DNA from: Candidatus Aceula meridiana
GTDB lineage: Bacteria > Omnitrophota > Gorgyraeia > Zapsychrales > Aceulaceae
Length of the DNA: 64,000 bases
NCBI GenBank assembly: GCA_030765185.1
Contig: JAVCDE010000026.1
Location: 17,276 to 81,275, forward strand
Direction of reading: 5' to 3'
The notes below the pieces were generated by a model. The model had not been told where the DNA came from. It saw only the letters and a list, made by a program, of their open reading frames with translations, and made no database searches. Below, piece by piece: positions 35,290-43,476 of the stretch (position 1 is the first letter of the stretch; each line of letters starts with the position of its first letter). Position numbers and translations under genes: made by a program.

Positions 35290-36258
35290 ATGAGTCGATT
35301 AGATTTTGAAAAACCGATTGGCAAGCTTGAGGATAAAATTAATGAGCTTAAGAGTTTTAACTCTGAAGAAAAAGCGAATTTAAATCCCGAGATCAAAAAG
35401 CTTGAAGAAAAACTTGGCAAGCTAAAAAAGCAGGTCTATGGAGACCTTTCTCCTTGGCAGCGCATTCAAATCGCACGCCATTCGGACAGGCCGTATACTT
35501 TAGACTATATCCGATTAATTCTTAATAATTTTATAGAACTTCACGGTGATAGACTTTTTTCTGATGACCCTGCTCTTATAGCTGGGCTTGCAACGATAGA
35601 TGGCCAGAAAGTCATGGTTATGGGACATCAAAAAGGGCGTGATGTTAAAGAAAATATTATGCGTCATTTTGGTTGCGCACATCCTGAAGGATATCGCAAG
35701 GCTATGCGTCTGATGCATTTCGCAGAGAAATTTAACCTCCCTATTGTTATTTTTATTGATACACCCGGAGCCTATCCCGGCATTGGTGCAGAAGAAAGAG
35801 GCCAGGCTCAGGCTATTGCAAGCAATTTGAAGGACATGGCTCAGATTAAGGTTCCTATTATTGCGGTTGTTATCGGAGAAGGTGGAAGCGGTGGAGCCTT
35901 AGGGATTGGCGTTGCCGATAAGGTTCTTATCTTGCAGCATGCGTATTATTCGGTTATCTCACCGGAAGGATGCGCGTCTATTCTCTGGCGAAACAGTGTA
36001 CGTGCTCCGGATGCAGCCAAGGCTTTAAGAATTATGGGCGAAGATTTAGTCGAGTTTGGCATTGTTGATGAAATTATTCCGGAGCCTTTAGGCGGAGCCC
36101 ATCGGGACCCGGAGGCGATAGCCACCGATGTTAAAAAGATAATTTTAAAGCATCTTAAAAAGATGCAAGAGATCCCTGATTCTAAGCTGTTAGACAGCCG
36201 GTATGAGCGTTTTCGTAAAATGGGCGAATTTCAAGAAACGCAACCTTCCTCTAAATAA
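35290..36258 (+). CDS. accA: acetyl-CoA carboxylase carboxyltransferase subunit alpha
   Basis: MSRLDFEKPIGKLEDKINELK...LSPWQRIQIARHSDRPYTLDY...GEGGSGGALGIG shows the typical AccA N-terminus and oxyanion-hole GG motif. Confidence 0.9.
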   Translation: MSRLDFEKPIGKLEDKINELKSFNSEEKANLNPEIKKLEEKLGKLKKQVYGDLSPWQRIQIARHSDRPYTLDYIRLILNNFIELHGDRLFSDDPALIAGLATIDGQKVMVMGHQKGRDVKENIMRHFGCAHPEGYRKAMRLMHFAEKFNLPIVIFIDTPGAYPGIGAEERGQAQAIASNLKDMAQIKVPIIAVVIGEGGSGGALGIGVADKVLILQHAYYSVISPEGCASILWRNSVRAPDAAKALRIMGEDLVEFGIVDEIIPEPLGGAHRDPEAIATDVKKIILKHLKKMQEIPDSKLLDSRYERFRKMGEFQETQPSSK

Positions 36259-36267
36259 TTTTAAAAA

Positions 36268-37323
36268 ATGAATTCTCAAAGAAATTTAAAGCCTGATATC
36301 AAGGCCTCTAGCCTCGAAGAGTTTTTGAATTATTTTTCCGACCAAGGCTTAAAATCTTTTCATGCGAAACAGCTTTTTAAATGGATTTATCAAAAAGGTG
36401 CTGAGTATTTTGAAGATATGACAGATTTGTCTGCTGATTTACGAAAAAAGCTAAAGAATGACTTTGCCTTTTCGCATTTTTCTCCCGAAAAAGTTTTAAC
36501 GTCAAAGGACGGAACAAAGAAGTTTTTGTTCGCTGTTGGGGAGAATGAATATATTGAAAGCGTTATTATCCCTTCTTCTAAGCGCACAACGCTATGCATT
36601 TCTTCTCAGGTTGGATGCAAGTTTGCCTGCCGGTTTTGTGCCAGCGGCCTTAACGGTTTTTCTCGTAATTTAACAACGGCAGAAATCCTTAATCAAATTT
36701 TATATATTAAGAATCATGAAAAAGGAGCAATGATTACGCATGTTGTTTTTATGGGCGTTGGCGAGCCTATGGATAACTATGATAACGTTTTTAAAAGCAT
36801 CAGAATAATTAATTCTTCTTCTGGCCTTAACATTGCTGCCCGACGGATAACAGTCTCAACTTGCGGCCTTATTCCTCAAATTCGGGCTATGGCTAAAGAG
36901 GGCTTGCAGATTGAGCTTGCGGTTTCTTTGCATGCGGCGAACAATACAACTCGCAGTCAGCTTATGCCGGTTAATAGAAAAGATCCTCTTGATAAACTTC
37001 TTGCAACTTGTAAAAGTTATTCAAAGGCCACAAAGCGGCAAATTACCTTTGAGTATGTTTTAATTAAGGGTGTTAATGATTCTCAAGAAGATGCCCGGCA
37101 GTTGGCTCGTCAGGTTAAAGGGATGCTTTGTAAGATTAATCTTATCACTTGTAATCAAGTTAAGGCGTTGGCCTGCTGCTCGGCAGACCGTCAGCAGGCT
37201 GTTAAATTTCAGAATATTTTATTACAAAAAGGTATTTTGGTAACTATTCGCGCTCCGCGGGGAGAGGATATTGCCGCAGCCTGTGGACAACTTCGCTATT
37301 CTCTTTCTAAGAAAAAAAGATAG
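36268..37323 (+). CDS. rlmN: 23S rRNA (adenine2503-C2)-methyltransferase, radical SAM
   Basis: The radical-SAM CxxxCxxC motif is SSQVGCKFACRFCASG. The GVGEP, size and flanking conserved blocks fit RlmN/Cfr. Confidence 0.85.
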   Translation: MNSQRNLKPDIKASSLEEFLNYFSDQGLKSFHAKQLFKWIYQKGAEYFEDMTDLSADLRKKLKNDFAFSHFSPEKVLTSKDGTKKFLFAVGENEYIESVIIPSSKRTTLCISSQVGCKFACRFCASGLNGFSRNLTTAEILNQILYIKNHEKGAMITHVVFMGVGEPMDNYDNVFKSIRIINSSSGLNIAARRITVSTCGLIPQIRAMAKEGLQIELAVSLHAANNTTRSQLMPVNRKDPLDKLLATCKSYSKATKRQITFEYVLIKGVNDSQEDARQLARQVKGMLCKINLITCNQVKALACCSADRQQAVKFQNILLQKGILVTIRAPRGEDIAAACGQLRYSLSKKKR

Positions 37324-37330
37324 AAAAATT

Positions 37331-37825
37331 TTACATATTGAGTTTTTGTCCGGCTTTATTAATAAGATTTTGAATTTTTGGATTTTGAAGAAGTTTCTGA
37401 AATTTTGGATTATTTTGCATAGCATCAAAATCTTGCGCCATGACCGCCTTCATAAAGGCAGGGTCAGAGAAGGCTTGGATGACTTCTTCATCCTGGGCAA
37501 TCGTTTGGATGTCATTCATGATGGCAGGATCGCTAACAATTTTTTGTTGATATTCTGCAATTTGATTGTTGGAAACAGGAGGGTTGTTTTGGGCCTGAAC
37601 AGGAAGGGCAGCTTGGTCGCGGCCGATACTCATAATTTTACCACCTTTTATTTCAATTTCACCAAAAGATGTCTCAATTGTATAGATATCATTCGAAACA
37701 GAGAGGATTTTTCCTTTGACTTGAGATCCATCATCTAGCGTGATGACTTTTGTTTCTTGCGCAAAGGACGGACAGGCGATAAGGAAAAAACAGCAAGAAA
37801 GCATGGCTAGAAATATTTTTTTCAT
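37331..37825 (-). CDS. small secreted/periplasmic protein of unknown function
   Basis: The N-terminal signal peptide is MKKIFLAMLSCCFFLIACPSFAQE. No recognisable catalytic motif. Confidence 0.55.
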   Translation of the reverse strand: MKKIFLAMLSCCFFLIACPSFAQETKVITLDDGSQVKGKILSVSNDIYTIETSFGEIEIKGGKIMSIGRDQAALPVQAQNNPPVSNNQIAEYQQKIVSDPAIMNDIQTIAQDEEVIQAFSDPAFMKAVMAQDFDAMQNNPKFQKLLQNPKIQNLINKAGQKLNM

Positions 37826-38033
37826 TTAAATTCTCCTTAAAATTAAAGTTTAGAAATTGAATTTGTTGCTTTAAATGGTTATTATAGAGGAAAACAAAGA
37901 AAAGCACAACATCGTTTCAGGAGCTGAAATATATAAGAAGCAAATGGTGTTTTTTTTAAAACAATTTATTTTTTTGAGTTATAATAAGGTTTAATATTAG
38001 CGGTATAAGAATATCAGGAAAGAAGGGGCCATT

Positions 38034-38441
38034 ATGGGGACAATTGAACACCGTAAACTTTTTCGCGCTGAAGCTTATTTAAAAATAAGCTATGAATCCA
38101 AACGGGAACCCATCATCAAAGGGGAATTTGTGACAGTGGATATTAGCTCTATTGGGCTCCATGTTATTGGTCCAGATAAATTAGAAATTGGTACAGATCT
38201 TATTATCAAGCTGCAGATTAAAGACAGGCCGGAGTCGGTTACAGCCCTTTCGAAAGTTGTTTGGCAGAAGCCATGCAGCTATGTTCCTGCGAGCAAAAAT
38301 GCTTATTTTGCGGCAGGCTTAATGCTTCTAGACATGTCACCTGAAGATGCTATTTTAACTTCTGATTTTATTTTTGATGTTGCCAAAGAACATCAGTTCA
38401 AATACGAAAAGAAAATCATTGATCAGCTTGAGCCTTCATAA
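38034..38441 (+). CDS. PilZ domain protein (putative c-di-GMP receptor)
   Basis: An RxxxR motif (HRKLFRAE) near the N-terminus and a D-x-S-x-x-G motif (DISSIGL) about 30 aa later are the two c-di-GMP-binding signatures of PilZ domains. Confidence 0.6.
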   Translation: MGTIEHRKLFRAEAYLKISYESKREPIIKGEFVTVDISSIGLHVIGPDKLEIGTDLIIKLQIKDRPESVTALSKVVWQKPCSYVPASKNAYFAAGLMLLDMSPEDAILTSDFIFDVAKEHQFKYEKKIIDQLEPS

Positions 38442-38453
38442 ATTATTTATACC

Positions 38454-39119
38454 ATGAATATTTCCGTTATTATTCCAGTTTGCGAGTTCCAATCTGACCT
38501 ACAAAAAGCACACGAAGTTCTTATCCGTGTATTGAGAAATTTATCTTTGGAGTTTGAGGTCTTGATATGCGACGACACAGCCTCTTCTCAGTCTCATGTC
38601 GTATGCAAATTAATTAAAGATAGAGGTGCTCATACTAAGATTTTTTTGCATGAAAAAAGACTAGGATTAGGGCAAAGCCTTAGAGAGCTTTTTACCGAAG
38701 CTAAGGGAGATATTGTTTTGTATCTGAACCCTCGCGCTCTTTTTGATTATCAGGCTTTAGCAGTTTTTCTGAACAGTGTGCGACAATGTGACGTGATTGT
38801 TTCTTCTCATTACAAGGCAAAGGAGGGAGAGAAGTTGTCCCTTGCGCTGGGAGAAAGACTTTATTCTTTTTTCTGCCGATTTTTGTTAAGAATACCTATA
38901 TGTGAGATTATTCCTAGCCTAATGCTGGTGCGTCGTAAAGTATTTGCGGTTTTGCCTTTAAAGGCGTCCGGAGAAGATTTTTTAACGGAGTTTCTTGCTC
39001 GTGCGCATGGCCAAGGATTCTTGGTTAGAGAGGTGAATTTTGGTTTTCCCCCTAAAAGACGTAATGGTTTTTTCCGTTTTTTTTCTGCTTTAAATTTTCG
39101 AAAACAAATGTCTTCTTAA
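38454..39119 (+). CDS. family 2 glycosyltransferase (DPM1/GtrB-like, soluble)
   Basis: ISVIIPVCEF...EVLICDDTAS places the GT2 N-terminal Rossmann region upstream of the metal-binding DxD motif. The gene lies 12 nt after the PilZ gene and is probably co-transcribed. Confidence 0.6.
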   Translation: MNISVIIPVCEFQSDLQKAHEVLIRVLRNLSLEFEVLICDDTASSQSHVVCKLIKDRGAHTKIFLHEKRLGLGQSLRELFTEAKGDIVLYLNPRALFDYQALAVFLNSVRQCDVIVSSHYKAKEGEKLSLALGERLYSFFCRFLLRIPICEIIPSLMLVRRKVFAVLPLKASGEDFLTEFLARAHGQGFLVREVNFGFPPKRRNGFFRFFSALNFRKQMSS

Positions 39120-39152
39120 TTTATATTTAAGTAAGTTTTAGGGTAAGGATTT

Positions 39153-39239
39153 TGGTGCTGGAGGAGGGAGTCGAACCCTCATGCCCGCGAAGACACTGGT
39201 TTTTGAGACCAGCGCGTATACCAGTTCCGCCACTCCAGC
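39153..39239 (-). tRNA. tRNA-Leu (anticodon CAA), class II with long variable arm, CCA encoded
   Basis: The reverse complement reads GCTGGAGTGGCGGAACTGGTATACGCGCTGGTCTCAAAAACCAGTGTCTTCGCGGGCATGAGGGTTCGACTCCCTCCTCCAGCACCA. It folds with an acceptor stem, D-arm, anticodon stem CTGGT/ACCAG with loop CTCAAAA, a long variable arm and the T-arm GGTTCGACTCC. Confidence 0.9.
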
Positions 39240-39295
39240 AGAAAAAAAAGCTACATCCAAGCGTAGTTTTCAAATGTAAAGCTTAAAACGAAGCC

Positions 39296-39371
39296 TGGTG
39301 GAGCTGGAGGGATTCGAACCCTCGACCCCTTGCATGCCATGCAAGTACTCTCCCAGCTGAGCTACAGCCCC
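39296..39371 (-). tRNA. tRNA-Ala (anticodon GGC), G3:U70 identity pair present, CCA encoded
   Basis: The reverse complement reads GGGGCTGTAGCTCAGCTGGGAGAGTACTTGCATGGCATGCAAGGGGTCGAGGGTTCGAATCCCTCCAGCTCCACCA. The anticodon loop is AUGGCAU and G3 pairs with U70. Confidence 0.9.
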
Positions 39372-39613
39372 AATGATTTTAATTAAAAATTAATGAATTG
39401 GGTGTGTGCTTCTTCCTCTTTAATAAGAGATAGAAGTTAACGGCCAACCCCAAACTTCTAATAAAGAATGAGTCAATATAGCATTTGTTGATATTTTTGT
39501 CAATCCCTCGGAAAACCCTCAACTTTCAACTTAAAAAGTGCATGTTTTGTTTTTTGCTCAGGAGGGAGCCTTGGACTAAAATCCAAAGCAGGCTCCGCTA
39601 AAGTTTTAGGGAA

Positions 39614-39647
39614 ATTGTCAACCTAGATACATTTTAAAGTTGACAAT
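39614..39647 (+). promoter_or_regulatory. BirA operator-like perfect inverted repeat (bioO candidate) upstream of the birA-bio operon
   Basis: ATTGTCAAC-N16-GTTGACAAT is a perfect 9-bp-arm palindrome of the TGTnAACC...GGTTnACA type seen in E. coli and Bacillus BirA sites. It ends 31 nt before the birA start. Confidence 0.6.
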
Positions 39648-39677
39648 TAAAAATAGAGAAGTTAAGATGTTTTCATT

Positions 39678-40634
39678 ATGAATGAGAAAATTATTTCTTT
39701 TTTAAAGAAAGCTGACGGATATTTCTCCGGAGAGCAAATTAGCAAAGCCCTTCGCATTAGCCGAACAGCTGTCTGGAAGCATATTAAGCAGCTTAAACAA
39801 GAGGGCTACAATATTGAAGCAGTTTCACGCAGAGGGTATCGATTAATTTCTGCGCCGGATAAGCTTTTACCCTCGGAGATTAAAAATGGACTTCAAGCAA
39901 AAATTTTTGGCCAAAAGATTGTTTATTTTGATACCGTAGGCTCAACCATGGATGAGGCTTCTGTTTTGGGTTTTCAGAATGAAATGGAAGGGACCCTTGT
40001 TTGCGCTGAGAGTCAGACAAAAGGACGTGGACGCTTAGGAAGAACATGGATTTCGTCTAAAGGCAAAGGCATTTATTTTTCTCTTATTTTGCGTCCTGTG
40101 ATACCTGTGGCAGAGGCAGCAAAGCTGACGCTTCTTTTTGCTATTTCCGTTTGCCAGGCTATTAGGAAAAGTACCGGCATTAACGCTATGATTAAATGGC
40201 CCAACGACATTATGGTCGGAAAAAAGAAAATCTCCGGTATTTTAACTGAGCTTAATGCTGAGATGGACCGCATTAATTTTGTCATTGTTGGTCTAGGGGT
40301 TAATGTCAATGAAACAAAGTCTGTGCTTTTAAAAAGCGCAACCTCTATCTATCAAGAAATAGGAAAGAAATTTTCGCGAGCTGTGCTTTTAAAAGAAATT
40401 TTAGAAAAATCTGAGGAAAATTATTTATTATTTCAAAAGAAGGGATTTTCTCCTATTGCGAGTCAGTGGAGATCACTTTCTGATACCCTAGGCAGACGCG
40501 TTAAAGTTGATGAAACCAAGAAGACAACAGAAGGCGAAGCTGTTGATATTGATACTGATGGTGGCCTTTTGATCCGCAAGGATGATGGGGTTGTTATCAA
40601 AAAAATATCTGGCGACGTTATTCATTTAAGATAA
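39678..40634 (+). CDS. birA: bifunctional biotin-[acetyl-CoA-carboxylase] ligase / biotin operon repressor
   Basis: An N-terminal winged-HTH (FSGEQISKALRISRTAVWKHIKQLKQEGYNIEAVSRRGYRL) is followed by the BPL catalytic core GRGRLGRTW...KWPNDI and a C-terminal SH3-like domain. Confidence 0.85.
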   Translation: MNEKIISFLKKADGYFSGEQISKALRISRTAVWKHIKQLKQEGYNIEAVSRRGYRLISAPDKLLPSEIKNGLQAKIFGQKIVYFDTVGSTMDEASVLGFQNEMEGTLVCAESQTKGRGRLGRTWISSKGKGIYFSLILRPVIPVAEAAKLTLLFAISVCQAIRKSTGINAMIKWPNDIMVGKKKISGILTELNAEMDRINFVIVGLGVNVNETKSVLLKSATSIYQEIGKKFSRAVLLKEILEKSEENYLLFQKKGFSPIASQWRSLSDTLGRRVKVDETKKTTEGEAVDIDTDGGLLIRKDDGVVIKKISGDVIHLR

Positions 40635-40638
40635 AAAT

Positions 40639-41811
40639 ATGAAGACAGAATTTTTAAATACATATCTTGAAAAACTTGAGAGGGACGGTTTAAAGAGGCA
40701 TCTAAAAGAGCTTTCCGGGCCGCAAGGAGCGCATGTTATTCTTGACGGAAAGCAGGTTGTAAATTTTTGTTCGAATAATTATTTAGGATTAGCTTCAGAT
40801 AAACGCCTTTTGCAAGCCGCTGCGAATTCTTTGGCTCAAGAGGGTATGGGGTCTGGAGCATCGCGGCTTGTTTGCGGTAATTTAAAGCGGCATCGGGCTC
40901 TTGAGAAAAAGATTGCAGCATTTAAGGGCACAGAAGATTGTCTTGTTTTTAGCACAGGATACATGGCCAACGTTGGCATCATTTCAAGTTTATGCGAGAG
41001 AGGCGATATTATTTTATCCGATAAGTTGAATCATGCCTCGATTGTAGATGGTATTCGTTTAAGCCGTGCGGAATTTAGACGGTATCCGCATAAGAATATG
41101 AACGCCTTAGAAGAAGAATTAAAAAAGGCAGAGCATTTTCAAGAACGTTTTATTGTGACAGATAGCGTTTTTAGCATGGATGGCGACATTGCTCCTTTAG
41201 ATAAAATTGTTGAACTGGCGCAGAAATATAAAGCTTTTGTGATGGTCGATGAGGCACATAGTTTTGGCGTGTTAGGAAAAAACGGCAAAGGAGCTGTTGA
41301 GCATTTTGGCCTTCAAGATAAAATTGATATTCAGATGGGAACTCTTAGCAAGGCCGCTGGGTCTTTTGGGGCGTATTGTTGCGGGTCAAAAAACTTAGTT
41401 GATTTTTTGATTAACAAAGCGCGGAGCTTTATTTATACGACAGGAATGCCGGCGTGTGTTGCGGCAGCCTCACTCAAAGCCGTTGAAATTATAGAAAAAG
41501 AGCCGCAAAGGCGACAAGATCTTTTGGATAATGCACATAATGTTCGACAGGCATTCCAGGAGGTAGGGTTTGATATTTTACAATCGCAAACACCGATTAT
41601 TCCTGTTGTCGTTTCGGAAACATCAAAGGCTGTTGAATTTTCAAAGCAGCTTTTTGAGAAGAATATTTTTGTCCAGGCCATTCGCCCACCGACTGTTCCT
41701 GAAAATACAGCACGGCTTCGCGTTACTGTGATGGCAACACATAATCAAGAAGACATCGCAAAACTTTTATCAGCCTTTGAAGAAATAGGAAAGAAATTAT
41801 GCCTTATTTGA
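40639..41811 (+). CDS. bioF: 8-amino-7-oxononanoate synthase (PLP-dependent)
   Basis: VVNFCSNNYLGLASD is the class-II aminotransferase / alpha-oxoamine synthase signature. The PLP-lysine region is QMGTLSKAAG. Confidence 0.85.
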   Translation: MKTEFLNTYLEKLERDGLKRHLKELSGPQGAHVILDGKQVVNFCSNNYLGLASDKRLLQAAANSLAQEGMGSGASRLVCGNLKRHRALEKKIAAFKGTEDCLVFSTGYMANVGIISSLCERGDIILSDKLNHASIVDGIRLSRAEFRRYPHKNMNALEEELKKAEHFQERFIVTDSVFSMDGDIAPLDKIVELAQKYKAFVMVDEAHSFGVLGKNGKGAVEHFGLQDKIDIQMGTLSKAAGSFGAYCCGSKNLVDFLINKARSFIYTTGMPACVAAASLKAVEIIEKEPQRRQDLLDNAHNVRQAFQEVGFDILQSQTPIIPVVVSETSKAVEFSKQLFEKNIFVQAIRPPTVPENTARLRVTVMATHNQEDIAKLLSAFEEIGKKLCLI

Positions 41812-42608
41812 CAATTAGCGAAAATAAAAAATGGTATTATGAAGTTAAGGGTGAGGGCCCGTGCTTGGTTTTTATTCATGGATGGGCGTCTAGCGGACGG
41901 GTTTTTAGTCAGCAGATAGAATATTTTTCAAAAGATTATAAGGTTTTTTCTGTTGATTTGCCCGGACATGGAAATACTCCATGGCAACAGATGGGCTTGG
42001 AAGACATGGCAAAAGATATTGTCTCACTCATAAAAAATTTAGGAGAAAAGGAAGTTTTTGTTGTTGGAAGTTCTTTAGGAGGAATGGTAGGTTTAAAATG
42101 TGCTGAGCTTCCTCAAAAGATTGTAAAGAAACTTGTTATGGTAGGATCTTTGCCTCGGTTTTTAAAAACACAGCAGCGGCCCATAGGGCTGATGCCGGTT
42201 GAAATGGCAAGGCTTCAAAAACAATTACGTGAAAGGTATCCTGCTATTTTAGATATTTTTTTCCGGTCTCTGTTTACGCTCGAGGAGAGGGAGACACAAA
42301 AGTTTAAATGGATTCATCAATTTCGAAAGACTGAAAAAAATCCTGACAAAGAGGCCCTAGAAAGCCTTTTGGACATGCTTTCAAAGGCAGACCTTACGGA
42401 TTTTTTAACAACGACACATATTCCGATTTTATTTCTAGTCGGAGAAAAAGATTATATTTGTCCGCCTTCATCTTTGGAATTTCTTAAAAATATTATTCCG
42501 GATGCACATTACGACATTATCAAAGCCAGTGGGCATTTTCCGTTCATCATTCATGCTCAGGAATTTAATGAAAAAGTCGAACGCTTTTTAGACCTGAAGA
42601 ATGTGTAA
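41799..42608 (+). CDS. bioH: alpha/beta-hydrolase, pimeloyl-ACP methyl ester esterase candidate
   Basis: The fold shows HGW (oxyanion), a GSSLGG nucleophile elbow and a C-terminal His (SGHFPF). Function is assigned by its position between bioF and bioC. Another BioH-analog family (BioG/BioK-type) cannot be excluded. Confidence 0.55.
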   Translation: MPYLTISENKKWYYEVKGEGPCLVFIHGWASSGRVFSQQIEYFSKDYKVFSVDLPGHGNTPWQQMGLEDMAKDIVSLIKNLGEKEVFVVGSSLGGMVGLKCAELPQKIVKKLVMVGSLPRFLKTQQRPIGLMPVEMARLQKQLRERYPAILDIFFRSLFTLEERETQKFKWIHQFRKTEKNPDKEALESLLDMLSKADLTDFLTTTHIPILFLVGEKDYICPPSSLEFLKNIIPDAHYDIIKASGHFPFIIHAQEFNEKVERFLDLKNV

Positions 42609-42720
42609 ATATTTTCTGTTTGCCATTTTGGGATTCTTATTTTGAGTCCCGATTCAGGGGCGAGGGAAGGATTGGGGGCCCTCGATCGGCTTGAGGTCAT
42701 TTTTTAGGATAAGATTATAA

Positions 42721-43476
42721 ATGAATATTTTAAGACAAAGCAAACCACAAGCATCTTTTTCAAAAGCCGCCTTATCTTACGAGGAGTTTTCTGATATCCA
42801 AAAGAAGGTTGGGCTTACGCTTTTAGAAAATCTTCCAACGAATATTAAGGGAGGGCGTATTTTAGATGTTGGTATGGGAACCGGGTGGCTTACCGAGAAA
42901 GTGGCTGAGCGTTTTCCTGACGCAGATATTTTTGGAGTTGATTTTGCAGAAGGTATGGTGCAGAGTGCTAGAAAAAAGAATATTGATTTTGTTATTCAGG
43001 CAGATGCGCGCGCCTTGCCTTTTCAAAAAGAAAGTTTTGACCTTATTGTGTCTAATTGTGCGTATCAATGGGTTGAAGATTTAAAAAAGACTTTTACACT
43101 TAATCGAGAGATTCTTAGAAGCCATGGCTATTTTTGTTTTACATGTTTTGGAGAAAGCACATTGAAAGAGCTGTGGGAGTCTTTAGGAACAGTGAATCGT
43201 TTGCATTGCCCGACGGAGAAGGATATCCGCGATGCCCTTAGAACTGGTGGTTTTTACTCGTTTGAGGTAAGTTCAGTGATGATGAGGCAGGAGTTTGGTG
43301 ATATGTTTGATTTAGTGCGATGGCTTAAAAGAATTGGGGCAAATCAAACTAAAAGAGAAATTTTTATTGGACGGGATGCTTTATCTTGCGCCAATGATTT
43401 TTATTGTCAGAATTTCGAAAGCGATAATGGTGTTTTTGCGACCTTTGAAATAATTATGGGAAAAACACAAAAATGA
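42721..43476 (+). CDS. bioC: malonyl-ACP O-methyltransferase (class I SAM MTase)
   Basis: SAM-binding motif I is ILDVGMGTGWLT. Size (~250 aa) and bio operon context fit BioC. Confidence 0.65.
   Translation: MNILRQSKPQASFSKAALSYEEFSDIQKKVGLTLLENLPTNIKGGRILDVGMGTGWLTEKVAERFPDADIFGVDFAEGMVQSARKKNIDFVIQADARALPFQKESFDLIVSNCAYQWVEDLKKTFTLNREILRSHGYFCFTCFGESTLKELWESLGTVNRLHCPTEKDIRDALRTGGFYSFEVSSVMMRQEFGDMFDLVRWLKRIGANQTKREIFIGRDALSCANDFYCQNFESDNGVFATFEIIMGKTQK

Noticed and set aside
37271-37738. 155-aa plus-strand ORF
   Set aside because: Antisense to the signal-peptide protein at 37331-37825 and overlaps the rlmN 3' end. No motifs. The minus-strand gene has a textbook signal peptide, so that gene is preferred.
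39150-39380. tRNA pair as an integration hotspot / genomic island boundary
   Set aside because: No integrase, direct repeat of a tRNA 3' end or other mobile-element gene is visible on either side within the window. Flanking genes are housekeeping.
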